DNA of 64,000 nt from Tidjanibacter sp. (GCA_045656405.1 JAZORC010000002.1:91572-155571), one strand, 5' to 3'. Counted from the stretch's first letter, positions 1 to 10,087 are shown. Program-made: numbers and translations. The notes: generated by a model from the sequence alone, not told the origin.

Positions 1-2
1 CA

Positions 3-1058
3 ATGAGGGAGAAACCCATTGTGGGCAAGATTGTCCGCGACGAGAATGGTAAGCCCATTATGATTCCTGGCACCTTGAAGGGTTGCAAGGCTATCGGCTG
101 GTTTATCGAGGAGTATGGCATCGCACAGGTGTCAATGAATATCACCGACATCAAGGCTACACCTCTTCACATTGCTTTCGAGGAGGTGTGTAGGGCTGCT
201 GCCGAGCGCGGTGTGAGGGTTACGGGTACCGAGATTGTGGGCCTTGTTCCTCGCAATGCATTGTTGGAGGCTGGTAAGCACTTCCTCCGCAAACAGCAAC
301 GCTCACTTGGTATCACCGACCAGGAGATTTTGGATATAGCAGTGCGCTCGATGGGCCTTTCGGAGCTCACTCCCTTCAAACCCGAGGAGAAGATTGTTGA
401 GAGCCTCATAGAGAAAGACAATAAGAAGAAAGGTCTTGTGGATTTGACCTGCGCAGGCTTTGCAGAGGAGACCTCGCGTGAGTCGCCTGCCCCTGGTGGT
501 GGTTCGATTTCGGCCTATATGGGTGCTTTGGGTGCAGCTTTGGGTACTATGGTTGCCAACCTCTCGGCACACAAACCTGGCTGGGACGAGCAGTGGGAGT
601 TCTTCTCCGATTGGGCCGAGAAGGGCAAACGTGTTATGAACGAACTGCTGGCACTTGTGGATGAGGATACCGAGGCTTTCAACTGCATTATGGCCGTATT
701 TGGTATGCCCAAAGGTACCGACGAGGAGAAGGCTGCAAGGGCCGAGGCTATGGAGAAGGCTACCCTCTATGCTACCGAGGTGCCCTTGAAGACTATGAAG
801 GCTTCGTTCCGTGCATTTGAGGTTGCGGGGGAGATGGCCGAGAAGGGTAACCCCAACTCTGTGAGCGACGCAGGTGTGGGTGCGCTCGCGGCTCGTGCGG
901 CTGTTCAGGGTGCATTCCTCAATGTGAAAATCAACGCTGCGGGTTTGAAAGACCGTGCAAAAGCCGAGGCTCTTGTTTCGGAGGCGGCCGAGATTGCAGA
1001 GGCTGCTGATGCAGAGGAGAAGAGGATTCTCGAAATCGTCAATGGTAAAATCAACTAA
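3..1058 (+). CDS. ftcD: Glutamate formimidoyltransferase-cyclodeaminase fusion, 5'-truncated by window edge
   Basis: Formiminotransferase C-subdomain (GWFIEEYGIAQVSMN, GTEIVGLVP) followed by cyclodeaminase motif SPAPGGGS; upstream of hutU/H/I. Confidence 0.9.
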   Translation: MREKPIVGKIVRDENGKPIMIPGTLKGCKAIGWFIEEYGIAQVSMNITDIKATPLHIAFEEVCRAAAERGVRVTGTEIVGLVPRNALLEAGKHFLRKQQRSLGITDQEILDIAVRSMGLSELTPFKPEEKIVESLIEKDNKKKGLVDLTCAGFAEETSRESPAPGGGSISAYMGALGAALGTMVANLSAHKPGWDEQWEFFSDWAEKGKRVMNELLALVDEDTEAFNCIMAVFGMPKGTDEEKAARAEAMEKATLYATEVPLKTMKASFRAFEVAGEMAEKGNPNSVSDAGVGALAARAAVQGAFLNVKINAAGLKDRAKAEALVSEAAEIAEAADAEEKRILEIVNGKIN

Positions 1059-1073
1059 TTTCCGATAGAAGAT

Positions 1074-3086
1074 ATGACACTCGAACAGTTTCAGGCAGAT
1101 ATAAGGGCGGGTATTCCCGATGTGCTTCCTGCCCCCAAGCCCTACGATACAACCGTCAATCACGCACCCAAGCGTAAGGAGATTCTTTCGCGCGAGGAGA
1201 AGGTGTTGGCCATTAAGAATGCACTGCGCTACTTCCCCGAGAAGCACCACGCAACCCTCGCTCCCGAGTTTGCCGAGGAGCTCGAAAAGTATGGCCGAAT
1301 CTATATGTACCGCCTTCGTCCCGACTATGAGATGTATGCACGTCCCATTGAGGAGTACCCCGCAAAGAGTCGTCAGGCAGCCGCTATGATGCTCATGATA
1401 CAGAATAACTTGGATAAGGCTGTGGCTCAACATCCTCACGAACTTATCACCTATGGTGGTAATGGTGCGGTGTTCCAGAATTGGGCGCAGTATAGGCTTG
1501 CTATGAAATACCTCTCGGAGATGACCGACGAGCAGACGCTGGTGATGTATTCGGGCCACCCTATGGGCTTGTTCCCATCGTCGCCCGATGCACCCCGTGC
1601 GGTGATTACCAATGGTATGGTTATCCCCAACTACTCCAAACCCGATGATTGGGAGAGGATGAATGCACTTGGTGTGTCGCAGTATGGCCAGATGACCGCA
1701 GGTAGCTGGATGTATATCGGTCCCCAGGGTATCGTTCACGGAACAACCATCACCGTGCTCAATGCAGGTCGCCGTCGTATGAAGGAGGGCGCAAAGGATT
1801 TGGGCGGTATGTTGTTCGTGTCGGCAGGTCTGGGCGGTATGTCTGGCGCACAGCCCAAGGCTGGTAATATTGCGGGTGTTGTGAGCATTGTTGCCGAGAT
1901 TAACCCCGCAGCAGTTCAGAAACGCTATGAGCAGGGTTGGGTGGATGAGGTTCACACATCACTCGATGAACTCCTCGCTCGTGTGGCAGAGGCTCGCAAG
2001 AATAAGGAGGTCGTTTCGATGGCATATCAGGGCAACATTGTAGACCTCTGGGAGAGGTTGGCCGATGAGGGTGTTGAGGTTGATTTGGGTAGCGACCAGA
2101 CTTCGCTCCACAACCCCTGGGCTGGTGGTTATTACCCTGTTGGCTACTCCTATGAGGAGAGCCGTGTGATGATGGCCGAGGAGCCCGAGAGGTTCAAAGA
2201 GGCTGTTCAGGAGTCGCTCCGTCGCCACGCTACGGCTGTCAATCGCTTGGCCGAGAGGGGTATGTACTTCTTCGACTACGGCAACGCCTTCCTTTTGGAG
2301 GCTTCGAGGGCTGGCGCGGATGTGGTGTTGCCCAATGGTAAATTCCGTTATCCTTCCTATGTTCAGGATATTATGGGCCCCTTGTTCTTCGACTACGGCT
2401 TTGGTCCCTTCCGTTGGGTATGTACCTCTGGCAAGGAGGAGGATTTGGATAAGAGCGATGAGATTGCAGCTCGCGTCTTGGAGGAGATTCGCAAGGAGGC
2501 TCCCGAGGAGATTTTGGGACAGCTCGACGATAATATCCACTGGATTAAGGAGGCGAAGAAAAACCGCCTTGTGGTGGGCTCTTCGGCTCGTATTCTCTAT
2601 GCCGATAGCGAGGGCCGTATTAAGATTGCGAGTGCCTTCAATGAGGCTATTGCAAGGGGCGAGATTTCGGCTCCTATTGTGCTTGGTCGTGACCACCACG
2701 ATGTGTCGGGTACCGACTCCCCCTACCGCGAAACCAGCAATATCTACGACGGCTCGGCCTATACGGCAGATATGGCTGTGCAGAATGTTGTGGGTGATGG
2801 CTTCCGCGGTGCAACCTGGGTGTCGCTCCACAATGGTGGCGGCGTAGGCTGGGGCGAGGTTATCAATGGTGGCTTCGGTATGGTTATCGATGGCTCGGCA
2901 GAGTCGCAGAGGCATATCGAAAATATGCTTTTGTGGGATACCAACAATGGTATTGCAAGGCGTAGCTGGGCACGCAACGAGGGTGCAATTAGTGCCATCC
3001 GTAGGGAGATGGAGCGCACTCCTGGCTTGAAAGTTACTCTGCCCAATATTGCCGATGAGAACCTCATTGAGAAATTTGTGAAATAA
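1074..3086 (+). CDS. hutU: Urocanate hydratase
   Basis: HPHELITYGGNG, QYGQMTAGSWMYIGPQGIVHGT, GRDHHDVSGTDSPYRETSNI motifs; 670-aa long form. Confidence 0.97.
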   Translation: MTLEQFQADIRAGIPDVLPAPKPYDTTVNHAPKRKEILSREEKVLAIKNALRYFPEKHHATLAPEFAEELEKYGRIYMYRLRPDYEMYARPIEEYPAKSRQAAAMMLMIQNNLDKAVAQHPHELITYGGNGAVFQNWAQYRLAMKYLSEMTDEQTLVMYSGHPMGLFPSSPDAPRAVITNGMVIPNYSKPDDWERMNALGVSQYGQMTAGSWMYIGPQGIVHGTTITVLNAGRRRMKEGAKDLGGMLFVSAGLGGMSGAQPKAGNIAGVVSIVAEINPAAVQKRYEQGWVDEVHTSLDELLARVAEARKNKEVVSMAYQGNIVDLWERLADEGVEVDLGSDQTSLHNPWAGGYYPVGYSYEESRVMMAEEPERFKEAVQESLRRHATAVNRLAERGMYFFDYGNAFLLEASRAGADVVLPNGKFRYPSYVQDIMGPLFFDYGFGPFRWVCTSGKEEDLDKSDEIAARVLEEIRKEAPEEILGQLDDNIHWIKEAKKNRLVVGSSARILYADSEGRIKIASAFNEAIARGEISAPIVLGRDHHDVSGTDSPYRETSNIYDGSAYTADMAVQNVVGDGFRGATWVSLHNGGGVGWGEVINGGFGMVIDGSAESQRHIENMLLWDTNNGIARRSWARNEGAISAIRREMERTPGLKVTLPNIADENLIEKFVK

Positions 3087-3107
3087 TCAAAACTACTATA
3101 AAATACT

Positions 3108-4595
3108 ATGAAACAGCATATTATTTCCCGCGCACACCTCTCGCATCAGGATGTAATCCGTGCCGTGAGGGAGAACTATACACTTGCACTCTCCAAGGAG
3201 TCGAAGGCTGCTATTGCCAAATGTCGCGAGTACCTCGATAGGAAGGCTATTGAGAGCCCAACGCCTATCTATGGTGTGACCACAGGCTTCGGCTCGCTGT
3301 GTAACATATCCATTGAGAAGGATGAGCTGTCGGCTTTGCAGAAAAACTTGGTGATGAGCCACTCGTGCGGTACGGGCGATAGGGTTCCCACCGAGATTGT
3401 GAGGATTATGATTATGCTCAAAGTGCAGTCGCTCTCCTATGGCCACTCGGGTGTTCAGGTGGCTACCGTAGAGAGGCTCATTGATATGTTCAACAACCAC
3501 TACACCCCCATTGTCTATCAGCAGGGCTCGCTCGGCGCTTCGGGTGACTTGGCACCTCTGGCCCACCTCTCGCTCCCCATCTTGGGCCTTGGCGAAGTGG
3601 AGACCAAAGAGGGTGAGATTATCACGGGCGAGGAGATGAACCGCCGCGAGGGATGGGAGCCTCTCACGCTCCAATCCAAAGAGGGCCTTGCGCTTCTGAA
3701 TGGTACGCAGTTTATGGCATCCTATGGTGTGTGGTCGCTCGATAAGGCAGAGAGGCTCTCGGAGCAGGCCGACTTGGTGGCTGCAATGTCGTTGGAGGCC
3801 TTCGATGGTAGGATTGACCCCTTTGCGGATAATGTTCATCAGGTGCGCCCCCACAACGGTCAGATTACCACCGCAAGGCGTATGAGTGAACTTTTGGAGG
3901 GTAGCGAGCTTATCGCACAGCCCAAGAAACACGTTCAGGACCCCTATTCGTTCCGTTGCATCCCCCAGGTGCACGGTGCCTCGAAGGATGCTATCGCCTA
4001 TGTTGCCAGCGTAATCGAAACCGAGATTAACTCGGCAACCGACAACCCAACCGTCTTCCCCGATGAGGATGTTGTTGTGTCGGCAGGTAACTTCCACGGT
4101 CAGCCTTTGGCCCTCGTTTTGGACTACTTGGCAATCGCTATGGCAGAGCTCGGTAACATCTCGGAGCGTAGGACCTACAAACTCATCTCGGCACAGAGGG
4201 GTTTGCCCAGCTTCTTGGTGGCAAAACCAGGTTTGAATAGTGGCTTTATGATTCCACAATATACCGCAGCATCGATTGTGAGCCAGACCAAGGGGCTCTG
4301 TATGCCCGCATCGGTAGATTCGATTCCCTCGTCGCAGGGACAGGAGGACCACGTTAGTATGGGCTCCAATGCGGCTACCAAGTCGGCCCGCGTGGCAGAT
4401 AATGTGGAGAGGGTAATTGCTATTGAGCTTCTCAATGCTGCACAGGCGTTGGAGTTCCGTCGCCCCTTGAAGTCGAGTGCGACTATCGAAAAACTATTTG
4501 CCGATTTCAGGGCTGTTGTTCCCTTTGTGGATGACGATGTGATTATGTACCCCTTGATTGCAAGGTCGGTAGAGTTTTTGCAGAATCTGAAATAG
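3108..4595 (+). CDS. hutH: Histidine ammonia-lyase
   Basis: YGVTTGFG, MIO motif GASGDLAPL, QDPYSFRC, SAGNFHG, QEDHVSMG. Confidence 0.97.
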   Translation: MKQHIISRAHLSHQDVIRAVRENYTLALSKESKAAIAKCREYLDRKAIESPTPIYGVTTGFGSLCNISIEKDELSALQKNLVMSHSCGTGDRVPTEIVRIMIMLKVQSLSYGHSGVQVATVERLIDMFNNHYTPIVYQQGSLGASGDLAPLAHLSLPILGLGEVETKEGEIITGEEMNRREGWEPLTLQSKEGLALLNGTQFMASYGVWSLDKAERLSEQADLVAAMSLEAFDGRIDPFADNVHQVRPHNGQITTARRMSELLEGSELIAQPKKHVQDPYSFRCIPQVHGASKDAIAYVASVIETEINSATDNPTVFPDEDVVVSAGNFHGQPLALVLDYLAIAMAELGNISERRTYKLISAQRGLPSFLVAKPGLNSGFMIPQYTAASIVSQTKGLCMPASVDSIPSSQGQEDHVSMGSNAATKSARVADNVERVIAIELLNAAQALEFRRPLKSSATIEKLFADFRAVVPFVDDDVIMYPLIARSVEFLQNLK

Positions 4596-4602
4596 AGCGG
4601 AT

Positions 4603-5838
4603 ATGCGATTGCTAATTAGGAATATACAAACGCTTGCAGGGATTCTTCCGCTCGATGTGGTATGTCTGCGTGGAGCGGAGATGAACTCTGCGGAGCAAAT
4701 CCATAACGCCTTCCTTGTTGCCGAAGATGGGGTGATTACTCGCTACGGCAGGATGGAGGAGTTGGGCGAAGTGGAGGCCGATGAGGTGGTGGATGCGAGC
4801 GGTAGGGTGGTATTCCCAGCCTTTTGCGACTCCCACTCCCACATCGTCTATGCAGGCTCACGCGAGGGTGAATTCCGCGACAAGATTGCGGGTATGACCT
4901 ATGAGGAGGTGGCTGCTCGCGGTGGTGGTATTCTCAACTCGGCCGATAGGTTGGCCGAGGCGAGTGAGGACGAACTTTTTGAGGCCGCACTCGCAAGGGC
5001 GTGGAGGATGATACGCACGGGAGCCGCCACCTTGGAGATTAAGAGTGGCTATGGTCTTACGACCGAAACGGAACTTAAAATGTTGCGCGTAGTTGGTCGC
5101 TTGCAGAAGGCACTGCCAGCAACCATCAAGGCTACATTCCTCGGTGCCCACGCGGTGGGTAGAGCTTTCAAAGGCCGTCAGGGGGAGTATGTAGACCACG
5201 TTTGTGAGGAGATGATTCCCGCCGTTGCCGAGCAGGGTATTGCCGAGTTTGTGGATGTCTTCTGCGATAGGGGATTCTTTACGCCCGAGCAGACGGCCCA
5301 AATCTTGGAGTGCGGTAAGCGTTATGGTTTGCGTCCCAAGATTCACGCCAATGAGCTTGCTTCGAGCGGTGGTGTGCAGGTCGGCATTGAGTATGGAGCC
5401 TTGTCGGTGGACCATTTGGAGGAGGCTAATGAGCAGGATGTTAGGGATTTGGCGGCAAGTGCAACGATACCTACGGTGCTCCCTGGTGCTTCGTTCTTCT
5501 CTAACCTCCCATTTGCACCCGCAAGGGCTATGATTGATGCGGGATTGCCGGTGGCTATTGCCAGCGACTGCAACCCTGGCTCGTCACCTTCGGGTAATAT
5601 GAAGATGCTCTGGTCGTTGGCTTGCATCAAGATGCGCCTCACGCCCGAGGAGGCTTTGAGCGCCCTCACTATCAACGGTGCTGCTGCGCTTGGTTTGAGT
5701 GCCGATAGGGGTGCAATTTCCGTAGGTCGCAGGGCCGATTTGGTGGTGTCGAAACCCGTGCCCTCGTTGGCATACTTGCCATATAGCTTTGGCGAGGAGC
5801 TTGTGGAACACACAATTATTAATGGTGTAATAGTGTAA
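4603..5838 (+). CDS. hutI: Imidazolonepropionase
   Basis: Amidohydrolase DSHSHIVY, EIKSGYGL, DVFCD, IHANEL, SVDHLE, SDCNPGSSP. Confidence 0.95.
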   Translation: MRLLIRNIQTLAGILPLDVVCLRGAEMNSAEQIHNAFLVAEDGVITRYGRMEELGEVEADEVVDASGRVVFPAFCDSHSHIVYAGSREGEFRDKIAGMTYEEVAARGGGILNSADRLAEASEDELFEAALARAWRMIRTGAATLEIKSGYGLTTETELKMLRVVGRLQKALPATIKATFLGAHAVGRAFKGRQGEYVDHVCEEMIPAVAEQGIAEFVDVFCDRGFFTPEQTAQILECGKRYGLRPKIHANELASSGGVQVGIEYGALSVDHLEEANEQDVRDLAASATIPTVLPGASFFSNLPFAPARAMIDAGLPVAIASDCNPGSSPSGNMKMLWSLACIKMRLTPEEALSALTINGAAALGLSADRGAISVGRRADLVVSKPVPSLAYLPYSFGEELVEHTIINGVIV

Positions 5839-5844
5839 TTTACA

Positions 5845-7344
5845 ATGAAAAGATTGCTCTATGCTGTTGTGGCTCTTGTTGTTGCGCTCGCAGTCGGGTG
5901 CTCCGAGGCGTATGACGATTCGCAACTTAAAAGTGAAATCGACGACCTGCGAGAGCGATTGGAGGAGGTAGAAACTCTTCTCAACGCCTCTGCTGGTAAC
6001 CTCTCGGTGACCTCTGTTGTGGAGAGTGCCGAGGGGTATGTTGTGACCTTCTCGGATGGCTCATCCATAACCGTTAGGCACGGTCGTGATGGTGCCGATG
6101 GAAAGGATGGTCAAGATGGCGCACAAGGCGACAAGGGCGAGCAGGGCGAAAAAGGCGACAAAGGCGATAAGGGTGACAATGGTGCCGATGGTGCCGATGG
6201 AGCCGATGGAGCCGATGGAAAGGATGGCGACACGCTCATAGAGTCGATTATCGTTGGCGAGAGCGATGTAACCTTCATTCTTACAAGTGGTAAGACCGTA
6301 GTTATTCCTTTGGAGGGCTACTACGACACCTCGGAGGCACCTATCAATTTCCTCGACAATACCACAAAGGTGCTTTGTGTTCTGGCTTGGGATACCGATG
6401 GCGACCAGCAACTCTCCTACAAAGAGGCGGCAGAGGTGAGCTCCATAGGTGCAACTTTCAAGGGTACGGATATTATGGCTTTCAGGGAGTTGCGCTTCTT
6501 CTCCTCGCTTGTAACCATTGAGGATGGAGCCTTCTATGGGTGCGAGAAGTTGATTGCCATAACGCTCCCCGAGGCTGTTGAAACCATTGGTAAGGAGGCT
6601 TTTAGGAACTGCTATGCGTTGAGTGAGATAAATCTCCCTAATGGCGTTAAATTGTTGGGTGAAAGGGTGTTCCAGAATTGCACCCAACTCGAAGAAGTGG
6701 TGATACCTGCTTCGGTGGAGCGAATTCCCTACTACTGTTTCTATGGTTGCGAAAAACTCACCGATATCGTTATTGAGGAGGGAGTGCAGGTGATAGGGGA
6801 GAGAGCTTTCCAGTCGTGCTATGCGCTCAAAGAGGTGGTTGTGCCCACAAGTGTGACCGAGATAGAGCGTAACGCTTTTTACTTCTGTAAGGCTTTGGAG
6901 AGTGTGACTCTACCCGAAGGGCTGACGACCATAAGTAATGAAACATTCTATAATTGTGAGAGCCTCAAAAGTATCACTCTGCCCTCGGCCTTAACATCCA
7001 TTGGTAACTACGCCTTCCGCAATTGCGAAGCCTTGTCGGAGGTTGTTGCAAATGACAAGTTGGAGCAGATTGGCGACTACGCATTCAAGAATTGCTCTTC
7101 GCTAACGGAGATAACGATTCCTACAACGGTTACCTCCATAGGTGGGTGGTCGTTTGAGGATTGCGTGACTCTTGTTTCGGTGTGGTGTGAGCCCATAGTA
7201 CCCCCTACACTCGGCACGGATGCTTTTGATTATAATGGCACCGACCGTAAGATTTATGTGCCCGAGGAGAGCGTGGAGAGCTATAAGGCGGCAAAGGTGT
7301 GGAGCGATTATGTGTTGAGCATTGAGGCACAACCTGTGGAATAA
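5845..7344 (+). CDS. Surface lipoprotein with collagen-like triplets and BspA-type (LRR_5) repeats
   Basis: Lipobox LAVG-C; coiled N-terminus; 17 Gly-X-Y triplets; repeated I-G/AF-xxC-xx-L-xx-I-x-LP units. Confidence 0.85.
   Translation: MKRLLYAVVALVVALAVGCSEAYDDSQLKSEIDDLRERLEEVETLLNASAGNLSVTSVVESAEGYVVTFSDGSSITVRHGRDGADGKDGQDGAQGDKGEQGEKGDKGDKGDNGADGADGADGADGKDGDTLIESIIVGESDVTFILTSGKTVVIPLEGYYDTSEAPINFLDNTTKVLCVLAWDTDGDQQLSYKEAAEVSSIGATFKGTDIMAFRELRFFSSLVTIEDGAFYGCEKLIAITLPEAVETIGKEAFRNCYALSEINLPNGVKLLGERVFQNCTQLEEVVIPASVERIPYYCFYGCEKLTDIVIEEGVQVIGERAFQSCYALKEVVVPTSVTEIERNAFYFCKALESVTLPEGLTTISNETFYNCESLKSITLPSALTSIGNYAFRNCEALSEVVANDKLEQIGDYAFKNCSSLTEITIPTTVTSIGGWSFEDCVTLVSVWCEPIVPPTLGTDAFDYNGTDRKIYVPEESVESYKAAKVWSDYVLSIEAQPVE
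6082..6234 (+). repeat. Collagen-like (Gly-X-Y)17 coding repeat
   Basis: GRD GAD GKD GQD GAQ GDK GEQ GEK GDK GDK GDN GAD GAD GAD GAD GKD GDT. Confidence 0.9.
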
Positions 7345-7365
7345 ATAACTAAAAGATAGAGAGAT

Positions 7366-8511
7366 ATGAACAATTTTGTATTTCAGAATCCCACAAAACT
7401 CATTTTTGGAAAGGGACAAATTGCACGACTTGCAAACGAACTTCCCAAGGGTGGGAAAATTTTGGTCACCTTTGGTGGTGGTAGTGTAAAGAAAAATGGT
7501 GTTTATCAGCAGGTTGTGGCGGCTCTCGAAGGCTTCGACTACACCGAGTTCTGGGGCATTGAGCCCAACCCAAAGGTCGAAACCTTGCGTAAGGCGGTGG
7601 AGATTTGCAAGCGCGAGGGTGTGGATTTCATTCTTGCTGTGGGCGGTGGTAGCACCCTCGATGGCACTAAACTTATCGCTGCGGCGGCAAAGATTGAGGC
7701 TGACGCCTGGGATTTGGTGCGCAACCCCTCACTCTATGGCGGCACACTCCCCTTTGCAAGTGTTATGACTCTGCCTGCTACGGGCTCCGAGATGAATCGC
7801 GGTGCGGTGATTTCCAATCTCGCAACGGGTGAGAAATACTCCTTCTACAACACCTATCCCGTATTCTCAATTTTGGACCCCGAGGCGACCTATTCGCTTC
7901 CTAAATTCCAGATAGCCTGCGGTCTGGCCGATACTTTTGTCCACGTTATGGAGCAGTATCTGACCGATACGGGTATCTCGCCCCTGATGGATAGGTGGGC
8001 AGAGGGCATTGTGCAGACCGTTGTGGAGGTGGCACCCAAGGCACTTGGCGAGCCCAAAGAGTACAACGCAATGGCAACCTTTATGCTCTCGGCAACGATG
8101 GGTCTGAATGGTTTTGTGGCTATGGGTGTGCCCCAAGATTGGGCTACACATATGATTGGCCACGAGATTACGGCCCTGACGGGGACCACCCACGGTCAAA
8201 CCCTCGTGATTGTCCTTCCCGCAGTGATGAATGTTATGAGGAGTCAAAAGGGGGCGAAGATTGTGCAGTTTGGCGAAAGAGTGTGGGGCATCAAGGATGG
8301 CTCCAACGATGAGCGCATAGACCGCACTATTGAGGCTACCGAGGCGTTCTTCCGCTCGCTCGGTCTTGCCACTCGCCTTTCGGAACTCTCTATTGGTGAG
8401 GATGTTGTGGATGAGATTGTGCGCCGCTTCCGTGAGCGTGGCACCCTTCTCGGCGAGAACGCAAATGTTGACTACGCCACCGTCGAGCGTATTCTCCGCC
8501 AAAGGTTGTAG
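7366..8511 (+). CDS. Iron-containing alcohol dehydrogenase (YqhD/BdhA family)
   Basis: FQNPTKLIFG, AVGGGSTLDGTK, TLPATGSEMN, DWATHMIGHE. Confidence 0.92.
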   Translation: MNNFVFQNPTKLIFGKGQIARLANELPKGGKILVTFGGGSVKKNGVYQQVVAALEGFDYTEFWGIEPNPKVETLRKAVEICKREGVDFILAVGGGSTLDGTKLIAAAAKIEADAWDLVRNPSLYGGTLPFASVMTLPATGSEMNRGAVISNLATGEKYSFYNTYPVFSILDPEATYSLPKFQIACGLADTFVHVMEQYLTDTGISPLMDRWAEGIVQTVVEVAPKALGEPKEYNAMATFMLSATMGLNGFVAMGVPQDWATHMIGHEITALTGTTHGQTLVIVLPAVMNVMRSQKGAKIVQFGERVWGIKDGSNDERIDRTIEATEAFFRSLGLATRLSELSIGEDVVDEIVRRFRERGTLLGENANVDYATVERILRQRL

Positions 8512-8541
8512 AATAGAGTTTGTTTTTGAAAGTACTTTACT

Positions 8542-9177
8542 ATGAGAAAGTTTGCCCTGTTTCTTCTGAAGCACAACATCCATATAATGACCCTCATCTT
8601 TGTCGGATGGGTATTGTGGGGTGTTGTGAATTGGAGTAACCTTCTCTTGGTTCAGAAGTTACTCCTTGGATTGTATGCTTTTTTGATACTACACGAATAC
8701 GAGGAAGGGTATAAGGATCGTTTCGTCCAGCTGATGGCGGGACGTCTGCTCCAGATAGATCATAGGAAACTGACACCCGGTGTTACTCACATTGCTCAGG
8801 CGGTGTACATCACCCTCTTGTTCTCCCTCGCGTTGGTCTTCCCGACCAATCTTTGGTTGGTATTCGGCGTGTTGATACTCGGCATATTCGAAGGCTTTGT
8901 CCACAATATGGGTATATTTATGTTCCAACTCAAAGGGACAAGCCCCGGCTGGTACACGGCTGTGGCAATGGCTGTCTACTCCATCTGGTCAATTGTTAAA
9001 ATCAACAAGGCAATCGACTATGATGGAATTATGTGGCTTTGGGGCTTCTTGTGGTTCTACGGTACATTCTTGTGTCTGCAAATATCCGTGCAGTTCCTAT
9101 GCGGAACCACCCCAAAAAACACCATTTCAAAGGCAAAATCCTTCCTCCAACAGCGATTTGGTGGAAGGGATAAGTAG
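8542..9177 (+). CDS. HXXEE-domain membrane protein
   Basis: Multiple hydrophobic segments; HEYEE motif; SPGWYTA. Confidence 0.7.
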   Translation: MRKFALFLLKHNIHIMTLIFVGWVLWGVVNWSNLLLVQKLLLGLYAFLILHEYEEGYKDRFVQLMAGRLLQIDHRKLTPGVTHIAQAVYITLLFSLALVFPTNLWLVFGVLILGIFEGFVHNMGIFMFQLKGTSPGWYTAVAMAVYSIWSIVKINKAIDYDGIMWLWGFLWFYGTFLCLQISVQFLCGTTPKNTISKAKSFLQQRFGGRDK

Positions 9178-9213
9178 GGTTAATTTATAGCCACTCAAAT
9201 ACTCCAAAAACAC

Positions 9214-9242
9214 AAAAGGCGCTCCTTTTTGGAACGCCTTTT
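9214..9242. terminator. Bidirectional intrinsic terminator
   Basis: AAAAGGCG-CTCC-TTTTT-GGAA-CGCCTTTT between convergent genes. Confidence 0.75.
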
Positions 9243-9295
9243 GTATTTTGGGCCGTGTGCCCAGAATACTTTGGTTAAAAAGTGGGGTAAGGGAA

Positions 9296-9454
9296 TTATT
9301 TCTTGTTGAAGAACTCCTTAACCTCCTCGGTGGGAACTACGTCAGTTTTGAAAACGTAAGCACCGGTCTTCTCCGATTTAACCATTTTGATGCATTTGGT
9401 AAAACCCTTGTTTGCACCCTCTTTTTTAAGTGTTGCAACTACTTTCTTTGCCAT
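9296..9454 (-). CDS. DUF4295 family small protein (52 aa; missing from the ORF track)
   Basis: Hand translation MAKKVVATLKKEGANKGFTKCIKMVKSEKTGAYVFKTDVVPTEEVKEFFNKK; usual Bacteroidota position after rpmG. Confidence 0.9.
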   Translation of the reverse strand: MAKKVVATLKKEGANKGFTKCIKMVKSEKTGAYVFKTDVVPTEEVKEFFNKK

Positions 9455-9468
9455 AGTTCTTTTCCTCC

Positions 9469-9657
9469 TTATTTAATCTCACGGTGGATAGTTACCCTCT
9501 TCAAGTAAGGATTGTATTTCTTACGCTCCATACGGTCGGGTGTGTTCTTTTTGTTTTTGGTAGTGATGTAACGGCTCATACCGGGAACACCGCTTGCCTT
9601 CTGCTCGGTACATTCGAGAATAACCTGTACGCGATTACCTTTACCTTTTTTTGCCAT
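9469..9657 (-). CDS. rpmG: 50S ribosomal protein L33
   Basis: [12 protein letters not shown]...[22 protein letters not shown]. Confidence 0.97.
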   Translation of the reverse strand: MAKKGKGNRVQVILECTEQKASGVPGMSRYITTKNKKNTPDRMERKKYNPYLKRVTIHREIK

Positions 9658-9679
9658 ACTTTTTTAAGTGTGTAAAAGA

Positions 9680-9916
9680 TTAGTGAATTTTTGCGGGTGC
9701 TTTTGCCTCTTTGAGTGCTGCATCCAGACCTTTTTTGTTAATTGTTTTGATACCGGCTGCGGTTACTTTGAGAGTAATCCAGCGGTTCTCCTCCTCGCTC
9801 CAAAAACGCTTTGTCTTCAAGTTAAGATTGAATTTGCGTTTGGTGCGCCTGTTCGAGTGGGAAACATTGTTACCCGACTGTGCAGTTTTACCGGTGATTT
9901 CGCAAATCTTGCTCAT
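9680..9916 (-). CDS. rpmB: 50S ribosomal protein L28
   Basis: [10 protein letters not shown]...[18 protein letters not shown]. Confidence 0.97.
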   Translation of the reverse strand: MSKICEITGKTAQSGNNVSHSNRRTKRKFNLNLKTKRFWSEEENRWITLKVTAAGIKTINKKGLDAALKEAKAPAKIH

Positions 9917-9966
9917 TTACAATAAGTTAATTAAATTATTACTATTTTCCGCCTAAAATAGGCCCG

Positions 9967-9974
9967 CAAATATA
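9967..9974 (-). promoter_or_regulatory. Bacteroidota sigma-A -7 element (TATATTTG) of rpmB operon
   Basis: Matches TAnnTTTG about 50 nt upstream of the rpmB ATG. Confidence 0.7.
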
Positions 9975-9981
9975 CGAAAAG

Positions 9982-10009
9982 AATTGAAAATTGAAAATTG
10001 AAAATTGAA
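9982..10009 (+). repeat. (AATTGAA)4 heptamer array
   Basis: Four perfect tandem copies. Confidence 0.95.
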
Positions 10010-10063
10010 AAATATTCAAAAAAACACTCCCCTCTCCAAGTGGAGAAGGGAGCTTTTCTACGG

Positions 10064-10084
10064 TCTAACGTCTAACGTCTAACG
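10064..10084 (+). repeat. (TCTAACG)3 heptamer array
   Basis: Three perfect copies; same unit at 20254 and 52437. Confidence 0.92.
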
Positions 10085-10087
10085 TCA

